Counted from the stretch's first letter, positions 16,621 to 25,819 are shown. The stretch: 40,502 bases of DNA from Spirochaetaceae bacterium (GCA_031265015.1 JAISDG010000140.1:1-40502); one strand, 5' to 3'. Notes: generated by a model from the letters alone, not told the origin. Numbers and translations are program-made.

Positions 16621-17550
16621 ATGGTGAATCTTGAGGCAGCTAAGGAGCCGGCTTTTTATTTTATCGGGGTAACGACCGGCCAGTCTTCCATAATGAAGGT
16701 ATTTCCCAGGTGGGCGGACGCCCTGGGGCTGGGGGCGGTTATAAAGGGAATCGATCTTCCCCCCCACGCTCCGGCGGAAGATTACCGGAGGGTGATTGGG
16801 TTCCTTAAGAACGATCCCCTGTCGCTGGGGGCGCTGGTAACGACCCACAAGCTGGACCTCTATTCCTCCTGCAGGGATATGTTTGACTACGTGGATCCTT
16901 ACGCCCAAAAGCTTTCGGAAGTGTCGTCCCTGTCCAAAAAGGACGGAGCCTTCCGCGCCCACGCCAAAGATCCCATCTCCAGCGGCCTTGCCCTGGAATC
17001 CTTTGTGGCCCCCCGGTTTTGGGAGGACCACGGCGGCGAGGTCCTCCTGCTGGGGGCCGGCGGAAGTTCCCTGGCCATGTCCCTGTATTTTTCCCGGAAG
17101 GAAGCGGCGGGGAACAAGCCCCGGCGCATTACCATCGCCAACCGGAGCGAACCCCGGCTTGCCTCCGCAAAAGCCGCCCTGGCGGACTGCTGTGGAGAGA
17201 TCGAATTCCGGTTTTTACATTGCCCCACCCCCGCCGGTAACGACGCCCTGGTGGCGGCGCTGCCCCCCTGGTCCCTGGTGGTCAACGCCACCGGCCTGGG
17301 GAAAGACGCCCCCGGTTCTCCCACCACCGGCGCCGTTTCGTATCCCCCCAATTCCCTGGTCTGGGAGATCAATTACCGGGGGGACCTGATCTTTATGCAG
17401 CAGGCCCAGGCCCAGGCCGGGGAAAAAAAACTCCTGGTTGAAGACGGCTGGAATTACTTTATCTTCGGCTGGACCCAGGTTATTGCCGAGGTGTTTCATA
17501 TCGACATAAGCCCCCGGCAGCTTGCGGAACTAAGCAGGATCGCCCGGTAG
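16621..17550 (+). CDS. Shikimate/quinate dehydrogenase-like protein (AroE superfamily, atypical)
   Basis: The N-terminal substrate domain has GVTTGQSSIMKVFP where AroE has G.IG.PI.HS.SP. The Rossmann motif is LLLGAGGSSLAM, and NATGLG follows later. The ATG 16621 start is preferred. Confidence 0.7.
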   Translation: MVNLEAAKEPAFYFIGVTTGQSSIMKVFPRWADALGLGAVIKGIDLPPHAPAEDYRRVIGFLKNDPLSLGALVTTHKLDLYSSCRDMFDYVDPYAQKLSEVSSLSKKDGAFRAHAKDPISSGLALESFVAPRFWEDHGGEVLLLGAGGSSLAMSLYFSRKEAAGNKPRRITIANRSEPRLASAKAALADCCGEIEFRFLHCPTPAGNDALVAALPPWSLVVNATGLGKDAPGSPTTGAVSYPPNSLVWEINYRGDLIFMQQAQAQAGEKKLLVEDGWNYFIFGWTQVIAEVFHIDISPRQLAELSRIAR

Positions 17551-17572
17551 CATAATTTAACAGGAGGCCAAG

Positions 17573-18160
17573 GTGGCTGATTTTAACTGGCAGAAGGGAT
17601 TTATCGTTGACTTTGCGCTGACGGGGGGGCTGTCCTCCGCCGTTGTTTCCACCAAACGGAAACTGTCCCAAATGCGGGGCATTTTCTCCGACCCGGACGC
17701 CTTTGAAAAGGCCGCTGCCGCGGGGGACCCGGTGGTATATGAATTTTACGAACTGGGGGCTCCGGAAAACGCCGGGGATGTGGCCTTCGGTACTTCCGTT
17801 ACCTATCCGGGAAAGGTAGGGGCTGAATACTTTATGACCAAAGGGCACTTCCATCTGGTTCTGGAAACCGCGGAAGTGTACTATACCCTTTCGGGCGAGG
17901 GGGGGATGCTGGTGGAAAACCCGGAGGGAGAAACGGATTTTTTCCCCATGACCCCCGGAAACGCGGTCTATGTACCAAAACGGTTTGCCCACCGGAGCGT
18001 CAATACCGGTACAGTTCCGCTGGTTTCCTTTTTTGCCTTCCGGGGAGACGCGGGACACAATTACGCTGAAATTGAAACCAGGGGGTACCGTAAGCTGGTG
18101 GTAGAAGGGATGGACGGCAGACCCGGAATTATAGATAATCCCAGGTGGGGGACAGAATGA
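17573..18160 (+). CDS. Cupin-type glucose-6-phosphate isomerase homolog (cPGI family)
   Basis: The motif PGKVGAEYFMTKGHFHLVLETAEVYY fits P-x3-G-x-E-x3-T-x-G-H-x-H-x6-E-x-Y. VPKRFAHRSVN fits P(P)x3Hx3N. GTG start with AGGAGG 5 nt upstream. Confidence 0.75.
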   Translation: MADFNWQKGFIVDFALTGGLSSAVVSTKRKLSQMRGIFSDPDAFEKAAAAGDPVVYEFYELGAPENAGDVAFGTSVTYPGKVGAEYFMTKGHFHLVLETAEVYYTLSGEGGMLVENPEGETDFFPMTPGNAVYVPKRFAHRSVNTGTVPLVSFFAFRGDAGHNYAEIETRGYRKLVVEGMDGRPGIIDNPRWGTE

Positions 18161-18795
18161 CGGTTAAGGAACGGCTGGGTTCGACCCGGCTTATACCGGT
18201 GGTTGTCATGGACGACGCGGAGCGGGCGGTCGATACCGCCGGGGCATTGCTGTCAGGCGGTATCGATGTAATGGAAATAACCCTGCGTACCGAAGCGGGG
18301 CCGGCGTCAATCGAAAAGGCAATTAAAGCCTATCCCAACATTCTGGCGGGCGCGGGTACCGTGTTTTCCCTGGAAAAATGCAGGGAAGCGGTTTCCCGGG
18401 GGGCGGCCTTTATCGTATCCCCCGGTTATGATCCCGAAATTGTGGAATTTTGCCTTAAAAACAAAGTAGCGGTATTCCCCGGCTGCGTTACTCCCACGGA
18501 AATTACCGGGGCCCTCAAGGCGGGGCTCGATATCCTTAAATTTTTCCCCGCCGATGTGTACGGCGGCGTCAAGGCCATTAAGGCCCTTTCAGGACCCTTC
18601 CCCATGATCAAATTTATTCCCACCGGCGGGGTGAATCTGTCCAACCTGGCGGATTTTCTGGTTCCCCAGGTCTTTGCCGTGGGGGGCGGCTGGCTCTGTG
18701 ACCGCAGGGCGGTTAACGCGGGAAACTACGGCGAAATTACCAGGATCTGCGCGCAATCGGTAGAGCTTGTTAAAAAAGCCCAAACGCCGGCATAA
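18157..18795 (+). CDS. eda: KDPG/KHG-type aldolase (Eda family)
   Basis: Shows the Eda pattern: LIPVVV.D, GI.VMEITLRT, GAGTV, FIVSPG, PG..TPTE, KFFPA. ATG 18157 overlaps the stop of the upstream gene (ATGA). Confidence 0.85.
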   Translation: MTVKERLGSTRLIPVVVMDDAERAVDTAGALLSGGIDVMEITLRTEAGPASIEKAIKAYPNILAGAGTVFSLEKCREAVSRGAAFIVSPGYDPEIVEFCLKNKVAVFPGCVTPTEITGALKAGLDILKFFPADVYGGVKAIKALSGPFPMIKFIPTGGVNLSNLADFLVPQVFAVGGGWLCDRRAVNAGNYGEITRICAQSVELVKKAQTPA

Positions 18796-18803
18796 GGGCA
18801 GCA

Positions 18804-19556
18804 ATGTCACAGCGGGTTCTGGATACCATCAAACTTGATAAAAATATTCCGATCCCCCTGTATTACCAGCTGAAAAAACAGCTTCTCTCGCTGATCCAGG
18901 ATGCCAGCATAGGGGAGGGTGAGCTGCTCCCCCCGGAGTTTGAACTCTGCGAGCGGCTCAATGTTTCCCGCCCGACTATACGGCAGGCGTTCAGCGAACT
19001 GGTCAACGAAGGGTACCTGACCCGCCACAAGGGAAAGGGTACCTTTGTTTCCAAACCCAAGGTGATGGACCAGTTTTTTAGCAAACTGGAAACCTTCCAC
19101 GACGAAATGGCGGGAAAGGGTTTTAATCCCGCCACCGTGGTCCTGAAGCTGGAGAAGATCCGGGGGCCCCGTGAGGCGAACGAAAAGCTGTCTATCCCCC
19201 TGGACGCTCCGCTCATCTATTTAAGCAGGGTCCGGTCGGTTAATTCGGTACCCCTGGTCTATCTGGAAACCTTTCTGCCCTATGAAACCTGCGGTAAACT
19301 GATGCTGGTGGATTTTAAGGTCAATTCCCTCTACGATTCCCTGGAAAAGATCCACGGCCTGCGGATAAACAGGGTCCGGCGCGAATTTATGGCGGTAAAC
19401 GCCCGTCAAAAAGAGGCGGAACTGCTGCAAATCGCCAGGAATAAGGCGATAAGCCTGGTTAAGACCGTCGCCTATTCGGCGGATACCCCGGTGGAATTTT
19501 CCATTGCCCGCTACCGGGGAGACATAAACCAGTTCAGCGTGGAACTGGCCAGGTAG
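18804..19556 (+). CDS. GntR-family transcriptional regulator (HutC-like, UTRA effector domain)
   Basis: 250 aa. N-terminal winged HTH (PLYYQLKKQL..LPPEFELCERLNVSRPTIRQAFSELVNEGYL.R.KGKGTFV) with a UTRA-like C-terminal half. It lies 8 nt after eda. Confidence 0.9.
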   Translation: MSQRVLDTIKLDKNIPIPLYYQLKKQLLSLIQDASIGEGELLPPEFELCERLNVSRPTIRQAFSELVNEGYLTRHKGKGTFVSKPKVMDQFFSKLETFHDEMAGKGFNPATVVLKLEKIRGPREANEKLSIPLDAPLIYLSRVRSVNSVPLVYLETFLPYETCGKLMLVDFKVNSLYDSLEKIHGLRINRVRREFMAVNARQKEAELLQIARNKAISLVKTVAYSADTPVEFSIARYRGDINQFSVELAR

Positions 19557-19609
19557 CCCGGGCGGGGTATTTACTCCCCTTCCGGGGAAAGCTATACTGT
19601 AGTTCGTCC

Positions 19610-20362
19610 ATGGAACAAGCCGAATTAGCCATAACTCCGGAAAATCAGTATACCTTCAGGGTGAACGAATTTGAGGGGCCCCTGGATCTGCTCCTCTTCC
19701 TGGTAACAAAAAACGAAATCAACATTTATGACATACCCATAGCCCGGATTACCGAGCAGTACATTGAACACCTTAAATACGTGATCGAGCTGGATTTGGA
19801 AGACATGACCGAGTTTCAGATTATGGCGGCAAAACTCCTCTATATGAAGTCCCGGATGCTCCTGCCGGTGGAAATGGACACGGATGAAATCGAAGATCCC
19901 CGGCAGGAACTGGTTGATAAGCTCATCGAATACCAGAAATTTAAAAAACTCAGCGAATTGATGGAGGAACAGGGCAGGGAAGCGGAATGGGTTATCGAGC
20001 GCAAGAAACTGCAGCGCCCCCTTCCCTTTATTGAAGAGGAATTGTGGGAAAAGCTTGAAGTCTGGGACCTGTTAAAAAGCTTTTCCGCCCTGATGAACAG
20101 CATCAGCGGGGCCGGTATCGGTGAAAACATCATCGACATGTATGAAGAGGTATCCATCAACGAAAAGATTACCCTCCTGTCGGAACTGATGGAAAAATCC
20201 GGGGAATGCCGTTTTCCCGATCTGGTGGCCCGGCGGGGTTCCCTGATGGACATTATCTGCGCCTTTCTTGCCCTGCTGGAAGCGGTCAAGGTCCGGATGG
20301 TGACGATTTACCAAAACCGCATGTTCGGGGACATCCTGATCCGGAGCAGAGAAAGCAATTGA
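19610..20362 (+). CDS. scpA: Segregation and condensation protein A
   Basis: 250 aa. FEGPLDLLLFLV.KNEINIYDIPIA.IT.QY is the typical ScpA N-terminus. It is followed by scpB. Confidence 0.9.
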   Translation: MEQAELAITPENQYTFRVNEFEGPLDLLLFLVTKNEINIYDIPIARITEQYIEHLKYVIELDLEDMTEFQIMAAKLLYMKSRMLLPVEMDTDEIEDPRQELVDKLIEYQKFKKLSELMEEQGREAEWVIERKKLQRPLPFIEEELWEKLEVWDLLKSFSALMNSISGAGIGENIIDMYEEVSINEKITLLSELMEKSGECRFPDLVARRGSLMDIICAFLALLEAVKVRMVTIYQNRMFGDILIRSRESN

Positions 20363-20402
20363 GGCTGTTCCAAAACTTCAGTTTTTGGAACAAGCTCAAT
20401 TG
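20356..20402. repeat. Imperfect 20-nt-arm inverted repeat spanning the scpA stop codon
   Basis: CAATTGAGGCTGTTCCAAAA - 7-nt loop - TTTTGGAACAAGCTCAATTG, with 2 mismatches in 20. The inner 9 bp (GTTCCAAAA/TTTTGGAAC) are perfect. Confidence 0.6.
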
Positions 20403-20431
20403 AGAATAAGTAAGCACAGTCGAGGATAATT

Positions 20432-20962
20432 GTGGAAAAAGAAGCAGCCCTTATTGAAGCCATACTCTATCTTGAAACGGACCCCCAGGATTATGCCTTT
20501 CTGGCCCGGCTTTCGGGGCTTTCAAAGGACGTGGTCCAAAAAGCCGTTGAAGTCCTGGAGGAAAAATACCGGAAAGCCGATTCGGGGATTGAACTGACCC
20601 GCATCGGCGGCGGGGTTATGGTTTCCCCCAAAAGGGAGTACTGGGACAACCTTAAAGAGCGGTACGGTAAAAAGAACGAAACCCGGTTTTCCAGGGCGGC
20701 CCTGGAAACCCTGTCGATTATCGCCTACTCGCAGCCCATAACCCGCAGCGAAATCGAGGCAATCCGGGGGGTTCAGGCGGATACCATGATCCGCCTGCTG
20801 CATGAAAAATCCCTTATCAAGGAGGTCGGGAAAAAAGACATCCCCGGAAAACCGGTCCAGTACGGAACCACCAGGGAATTCCTGAAGTTTTTCCGCCTGG
20901 AAAGCATTGCCGACCTTCCCAAACTGAACGAAAATGAGGCTTCCCGCTTTGAACTTGAATAA
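20432..20962 (+). CDS. scpB: Segregation and condensation protein B
   Basis: 176 aa. IEAILYL...P, LS.AALETLSIIAYSQPITR.EIE.IRGV and G.PG.P..YGTT..FL..F are ScpB hallmarks. GTG start with AGGA upstream. Confidence 0.9.
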   Translation: MEKEAALIEAILYLETDPQDYAFLARLSGLSKDVVQKAVEVLEEKYRKADSGIELTRIGGGVMVSPKREYWDNLKERYGKKNETRFSRAALETLSIIAYSQPITRSEIEAIRGVQADTMIRLLHEKSLIKEVGKKDIPGKPVQYGTTREFLKFFRLESIADLPKLNENEASRFELE

Positions 20963-21710
20963 TACGGCTCCGGCGGAAGGCATCCGCCTGCAGGTTTATC
21001 TGGCCCACGCGGGCGTTGCTTCCCGCCGGGCTTCGGAGGCTCTGATAGGGGAGGGGAGGGTCACCGTTAACGGGGAAACCGTCGCCGTCCCGGGAACCAG
21101 GGTAGCGCCCGGCGACAGGATCTGCCTGGACGGAAAGCCCGTCATGGCCGAAACAAAACGCCATTACCTGGCCCTGAACAAACCCCCCGAATATCTCTGC
21201 AGTTCCCGGGATCCCCAGGGCCGCCGTCTTGCCCTGGAACTGCTTCCCAAAACCATTACCGAGCGGCTCTACAGTGTGGGGCGCCTGGATTATCTTTCTT
21301 CGGGGCTGGTTTTTTTTACCAACGACGGGGATTTTACCGCGCTGTTAAGCCATCCCCGTTCGGAAATCGACAAGGAATACCTGATAGAATCCACCGGTCC
21401 CATCCCCGACCAAGCGGTGGACGCCTTCCTTGAAGGGGTCGTCGTTGAGGGGGAAACCTACCGGGCAAAAAGTATTGAGCGGCTGGGCCGGAAGGCCGTT
21501 AAAATCGTCCTGGTCGAGGGCAAAAACAGGGAGATCCGCCGGGTTTTTTCCCATTTTCACCTGCATCCCCGGCTCTTGAGGCGGATCCGTATCGGCTCCG
21601 TGGAACTGGGGAATTTGCCCGAAGGGGAATGCCGTCCCCTCAAAAAGGAAGAACTGGAGGGCTTTAAAACCCCTCCGGCGGCGGGGCATAAGGAGATCCC
21701 ATGGTCATAG
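20934..21710 (+). CDS. Pseudouridine synthase, RsuA/RluB family (S4 domain plus catalytic domain)
   Basis: S4 domain IRLQVYLAHAGVASRRASEALIGEGRVTVNG and catalytic motif GRLDYLSSGLVFFTNDG. The start is uncertain; ATG 20934 overlaps scpB by 29 nt. Confidence 0.85.
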   Translation: MRLPALNLNNTAPAEGIRLQVYLAHAGVASRRASEALIGEGRVTVNGETVAVPGTRVAPGDRICLDGKPVMAETKRHYLALNKPPEYLCSSRDPQGRRLALELLPKTITERLYSVGRLDYLSSGLVFFTNDGDFTALLSHPRSEIDKEYLIESTGPIPDQAVDAFLEGVVVEGETYRAKSIERLGRKAVKIVLVEGKNREIRRVFSHFHLHPRLLRRIRIGSVELGNLPEGECRPLKKEELEGFKTPPAAGHKEIPWS

Positions 21711-22348
21711 CCATAGACGGGCCGGCGGGAACCGGGAAAAGTACTATCGCCGGAATGCTGGCCCGGGGGATAAAGGGCAGGGACGGCCGGCCCTTTACCT
21801 ATATCAATTCCGGCAGCCTCTACCGGGCCATTACCCTGGGCTGTTTACGGCTGGGGATTATGCCCTCGGACCCGGATGCGGCCCTGGGGTACGCTAAAAA
21901 AGCCCCCCTCGCGTACCGGGACGGCAGGCTTTACCTGGGGGAAGAGATGGTGGAGGATCTGCTCCACAGCGATGAGGTGGACCGGCATGTTTCCCCCCTT
22001 TCGGCCATTGTGCCCATCCGCCATGTGGTCAACGGCCATGTCAGAAAGCTTGCCGGGGGCTTAAACGTGGTGGCGGAGGGCAGGGATATGACCACAGTGG
22101 TATTCCCCGGCGCCGAATACCGGTTTTATCTGGACGCTTCCATCCGGGAACGGGCCAGGCGCCGGTTTGACCAGGGACTTTCAGCCCTGACCCTGGAGGA
22201 AATTGAAAAAACCATCGCCGAGAGGGATTCCCTTGACAGAAATAAGGAGGAGGGGAGTCTGCTTATTGGAGAGGGCGTAATGTACCTGGACACTTCGGAC
22301 TTGACCTTAACGCAAGTTTATGACAAATTAGTAGAGATAATACACTAG
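21701..22348 (+). CDS. cmk: Cytidylate kinase
   Basis: P-loop IAIDGPAGTGKST and SD AAGGAG. It has the conserved position immediately upstream of rpsA. Confidence 0.9.
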   Translation: MVIAIDGPAGTGKSTIAGMLARGIKGRDGRPFTYINSGSLYRAITLGCLRLGIMPSDPDAALGYAKKAPLAYRDGRLYLGEEMVEDLLHSDEVDRHVSPLSAIVPIRHVVNGHVRKLAGGLNVVAEGRDMTTVVFPGAEYRFYLDASIRERARRRFDQGLSALTLEEIEKTIAERDSLDRNKEEGSLLIGEGVMYLDTSDLTLTQVYDKLVEIIH

Positions 22349-22359
22349 AAGGATGAACC

Positions 22360-24147
22360 ATGGCTCAGATGGAAGTGGGAACGGACACTAATTCCGGCGA
22401 CATTCAATCACAATTACAGGAAGAATACCTCAAATCTCTGGAACAGCTTGAAGAGGGGCAGCTTGTTGACGGTTACGTGATCCAGGTAACGGCGGATCAG
22501 GTTTTTGTTGACGTGGGTTACAAATCGGAAGGGAAGATACCCCTTTCGGAATTTGCCGAAACCCCCAAGGTGGGGGATCCCGTTTCGGTGATCCTGGTAA
22601 CAAAGGAAAATAAACACGGCGAAGTTATCGTTTCCAAACAAAAGGCCGACGTTAAGCTGTTCTGGAAAAATCTCCGCCAGGCTTTCCAGGACCATACCCC
22701 GGTGGAGGGAACCGTTGAAAAGCAGGTTAAAGGCGGTTTTGACGTCAACCTCGGCGCGGGGGTTCACGCCTTCCTCCCCATAAGCCAGTCGGACGCTCAA
22801 AAGGTTGATAAACCCGAAAAACTCCTGGGACTTAAATCCAACATGCAGGTGGAACGGCTCTATTCCGACGGCAAAGTTAACATCGTGGTAAACCGCCGTA
22901 AATGGCTGGAAGAGGAAACCACCGCCAAACAGCAGGAATTTTTTGAAAATACCCCCATCGGTTCGGAAATTACCGGGGTAGTCAAAAGCTTTACCTCCTT
23001 CGGCGCTTTTATCGACCTGGGGGGCTTTGACGGCCTTTTGCATATCAACGACATGAGCTGGGGCCACGTAACCCGGCCCAAGGATTTTGTTAAAAAAGGC
23101 CAGGAAATCACCGTCAAGGTGATCCGCATCGATCCCAAAGAAAAGCGGATTAACCTTTCCCTTAAGCATTTTACCGACGATCCCTGGGTACATTTTGAAG
23201 ACAAATACCACGTCAATGATATCGTCAAGGGCAGGGTGACCAAACTCACCGACTTCGGCGCTTTTATTGAGCTGGAAGAGGGGATTGAAGGCCTGGCCCA
23301 TATTTCCGAATTTTCCTGGGTAAAAAAAATCCAGTCCCCCGGGGACATTCTTTCCATCGGCGACGAAGTGGAATGCATGGTCCTGGGCTACGACCTTCAG
23401 GCCGGCAGGGTTTCCCTGGGGCTTAAACAGGCCGGCGACAACCCCTGGAGCAGCATCCAGGAAAAGTACCCCGTGGGTACCAGGCTTACCAGAAAGGTGA
23501 CCAAAATTACCAATACCGGAGCCTTTATCGAACTGGAAGAGGGAATAGACGGTTTTCTCCACGGCGACGATATTTCCTGGACAAAAAAAGTCAAACATCC
23601 CGGCAGCGAACTTTCGGCCGGGCAGGAAGTCGAAGTGATGGTTATCAGCGTGGATCGCAATAACCACAATGTCAGGCTCGGCATTAAACAGCTTTCGGAA
23701 GATCCCTGGCAAAATTTCGCGTCGGTCTATAAACCCGGTTCCCAGGTCGAGGGGGAGGTGTCTTCCGTCACCGATTTTGGGATCTTCGTCAGGGTTCCCG
23801 GCGGCATTGAAGGTCTTATCCATAAGACCAATCTGCCGGAAAACCGCGAGGAAACCCCTGAAGACGCCCTTAAACGCTATCAGCCCGGCGACAAGATTAC
23901 CGCGGTGGTTCTGGAACTTCAGCCGGAAAAGCAGAAAGCTTCTTTTTCCATCCGGGACTACCAGAAAAAGATGCAGCGGGATGAACTTTCCCGGTACATG
24001 GCGAAAGAAGAATCCGGCGATTCAACCTTTACATTGGGGGATTTTTTGAAATCGAAAAACAGCGAACAAATTGCCGGCGGCGATCAGGGTGATTCTGTTG
24101 TGCCTTCCTCCGGTTCCGGCGCCGAAGGTACTCCGGATTCCGAATAG
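22360..24147 (+). CDS. rpsA: 30S ribosomal protein S1
   Basis: 595 aa with six recognisable S1 repeats (G..V.G.V..V..FGAF(I/V)(D/E)L..G..GL.HIS), in cmk-rpsA synteny. Confidence 0.95.
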   Translation: MAQMEVGTDTNSGDIQSQLQEEYLKSLEQLEEGQLVDGYVIQVTADQVFVDVGYKSEGKIPLSEFAETPKVGDPVSVILVTKENKHGEVIVSKQKADVKLFWKNLRQAFQDHTPVEGTVEKQVKGGFDVNLGAGVHAFLPISQSDAQKVDKPEKLLGLKSNMQVERLYSDGKVNIVVNRRKWLEEETTAKQQEFFENTPIGSEITGVVKSFTSFGAFIDLGGFDGLLHINDMSWGHVTRPKDFVKKGQEITVKVIRIDPKEKRINLSLKHFTDDPWVHFEDKYHVNDIVKGRVTKLTDFGAFIELEEGIEGLAHISEFSWVKKIQSPGDILSIGDEVECMVLGYDLQAGRVSLGLKQAGDNPWSSIQEKYPVGTRLTRKVTKITNTGAFIELEEGIDGFLHGDDISWTKKVKHPGSELSAGQEVEVMVISVDRNNHNVRLGIKQLSEDPWQNFASVYKPGSQVEGEVSSVTDFGIFVRVPGGIEGLIHKTNLPENREETPEDALKRYQPGDKITAVVLELQPEKQKASFSIRDYQKKMQRDELSRYMAKEESGDSTFTLGDFLKSKNSEQIAGGDQGDSVVPSSGSGAEGTPDSE

Positions 24148-24168
24148 GATCCGGCTGACCGCATTTCC

Positions 24169-25140
24169 ATGCCGTCAAAGATTGACGCCAAAGAATACCA
24201 TACCCTGATAGCAAAAAGTCCCCTTATTCTGGAAAAGCTTGAAATTATCGACCGGGTTGCCCAGACCGATTCGTCGGTCCTGATTCTGGGGGAAAGCGGG
24301 GTCGGCAAGGAACTTTTTGCGGAGCAGATACATCTGCGCAGCCCCCGGAGCGGCGCCCCCTTTATTCGGGTTAACTGCGCCGCCCTGCCGGAGGGCCTGC
24401 TGGAAAGCGAGCTTTTCGGCCATGTTAAAGGGGCTTTTACCAATGCCATACAGAATCGCCGGGGCCGCTTTGAACTGGCGGATACGGGTACCATTTTTCT
24501 TGACGAAATAGGGGATCTGTCCCTGGCCCTGCAGTCAAAACTGCTCCGGGTAATCCAGCAGAAAACTTTTGAAAAAGTCGGTTCCAACACGCCGGTCACC
24601 GTGGACGTGAGGATTTTAGCGGCCACCAACAAGGATATAGAAGCCCTGGTGGAAAAGGGGGAGTTCCGCAGCGATCTCTACTACCGGATCAACGTGTTCC
24701 CCATCCATATCCCCCCCCTGCGGCAAAGGCCCGAAGATATCCCCGAATTGGCCGGTTTTTTTATGAAAAAATACCAAACGGAAACCAAAAAGCAGTTTAC
24801 CGGATTTTCAAACGATGCTATGGAATTTATGCTCTCCTATTCCTGGCCGGGAAACATCCGGGAACTGCAAAACAGCGTGGAACGGGCCTGCGTCATCGGC
24901 AAGGGTCCCCGGATACAAAAGGACGATTTATTTTTCAGGACCGCCCCGGTTATTCCCGAACCGGCGGAAGGAAGCCGTAACTTGAAAAACGCGATAAATG
25001 CCTTTAAAATACAATTTATCCAGAAGGTACTGGAAGAAAACAAATGGAACCAGACGGAAACGGCAAAAGCCCTGGATATTCAGAGAACCTATCTGTCCAG
25101 GCTGATTAAAGAATTTTCCATTAAAGGTGAGGAGCATTGA
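24169..25140 (+). CDS. Sigma54-interaction-domain (AAA+) transcriptional activator with no N-terminal sensory domain
   Basis: 323 aa. Walker A GESGVGKE, GAFTNA in place of GAFTGA, Walker B IFLDEIG, then RSDLYYR, PLRQRPEDI and WPGNIRELQN. C-terminal Fis-type HTH ETAKALDIQRTYLSRLIK. Only about 30 residues precede the AAA+ core. Confidence 0.85.
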   Translation: MPSKIDAKEYHTLIAKSPLILEKLEIIDRVAQTDSSVLILGESGVGKELFAEQIHLRSPRSGAPFIRVNCAALPEGLLESELFGHVKGAFTNAIQNRRGRFELADTGTIFLDEIGDLSLALQSKLLRVIQQKTFEKVGSNTPVTVDVRILAATNKDIEALVEKGEFRSDLYYRINVFPIHIPPLRQRPEDIPELAGFFMKKYQTETKKQFTGFSNDAMEFMLSYSWPGNIRELQNSVERACVIGKGPRIQKDDLFFRTAPVIPEPAEGSRNLKNAINAFKIQFIQKVLEENKWNQTETAKALDIQRTYLSRLIKEFSIKGEEH

Positions 25141-25144
25141 GGTT

Positions 25145-25819
25145 ATGGCAGCAGCTAAAACGGAAACCCTGAACGCCGGCGATAAATTTGCCTTGTTTCT
25201 TCAAAAATACCGGAGGGCTTTCTGGGGCCTCCTGGGGATTGTGATCGCCGGGATTATCGGCTCCGTCCTGTTCTTTACGGTACGAAACGCGCTTCAGAAC
25301 AGGGCCATTGTTACCCTGGAAGCCTTTGAAACGCGTAAAACGGATCTGGGAGACCTGGCGGACACTTCCAAATCCATGGAAATCCAGGCGCTGTTGGAAG
25401 AGATCAACGCCTTTGCCCCCAAAACCTTCGGGTATGCTTCGGCAAAGGCCTATTCCCTGGCCGCGGACATCTATGCCGCCCGGGGTGAATGGGCCCTGGC
25501 GGAAGAAGCCTGGGCCGCTTCCGCGGAACGGGCTTCCAGGATATATCTTGCCCCCCTGTCGCTGTACAGCGCCGCGGTGGCGGCGGAAGAGCAGGGTAAT
25601 CTGGACAAAGCCCTTGAGTACTATACCCGGACCCTTGCTTTTTCCGGCGTTTTTCCGGCCTCCCAACGGGCGCAGTTTAATATCGGCCGAATCTATGAGG
25701 CGCGGAACGATAAAGAAGCCGCTTCCGAAGCGTACCGGAATCTCATCGAAAAAAGTTCCCCCGATTCCAACTGGGCAAAATTGGCCCAGAGCAGGATAAT
25801 CTTCCTTGAAATGGAGTAA
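25145..25819 (+). CDS. Membrane-anchored TPR-like protein (hypothetical)
   Basis: One N-terminal TM segment (FWGLLGIVIAGIIGSVLFF) is followed by Ala-rich helical repeats (AYSLAADIYAARGEW.., ALEYYTR.., EAYRNLI). The start is ATG 25145 or GTG 25127. Confidence 0.55.
   Translation: MAAAKTETLNAGDKFALFLQKYRRAFWGLLGIVIAGIIGSVLFFTVRNALQNRAIVTLEAFETRKTDLGDLADTSKSMEIQALLEEINAFAPKTFGYASAKAYSLAADIYAARGEWALAEEAWAASAERASRIYLAPLSLYSAAVAAEEQGNLDKALEYYTRTLAFSGVFPASQRAQFNIGRIYEARNDKEAASEAYRNLIEKSSPDSNWAKLAQSRIIFLEME

Noticed and set aside
22414-23823. 469-aa minus-strand ORF inside rpsA
   Set aside because: It is antisense to the unmistakable six-repeat S1 protein. It has low-complexity G/F/P/K composition and no family resemblance.
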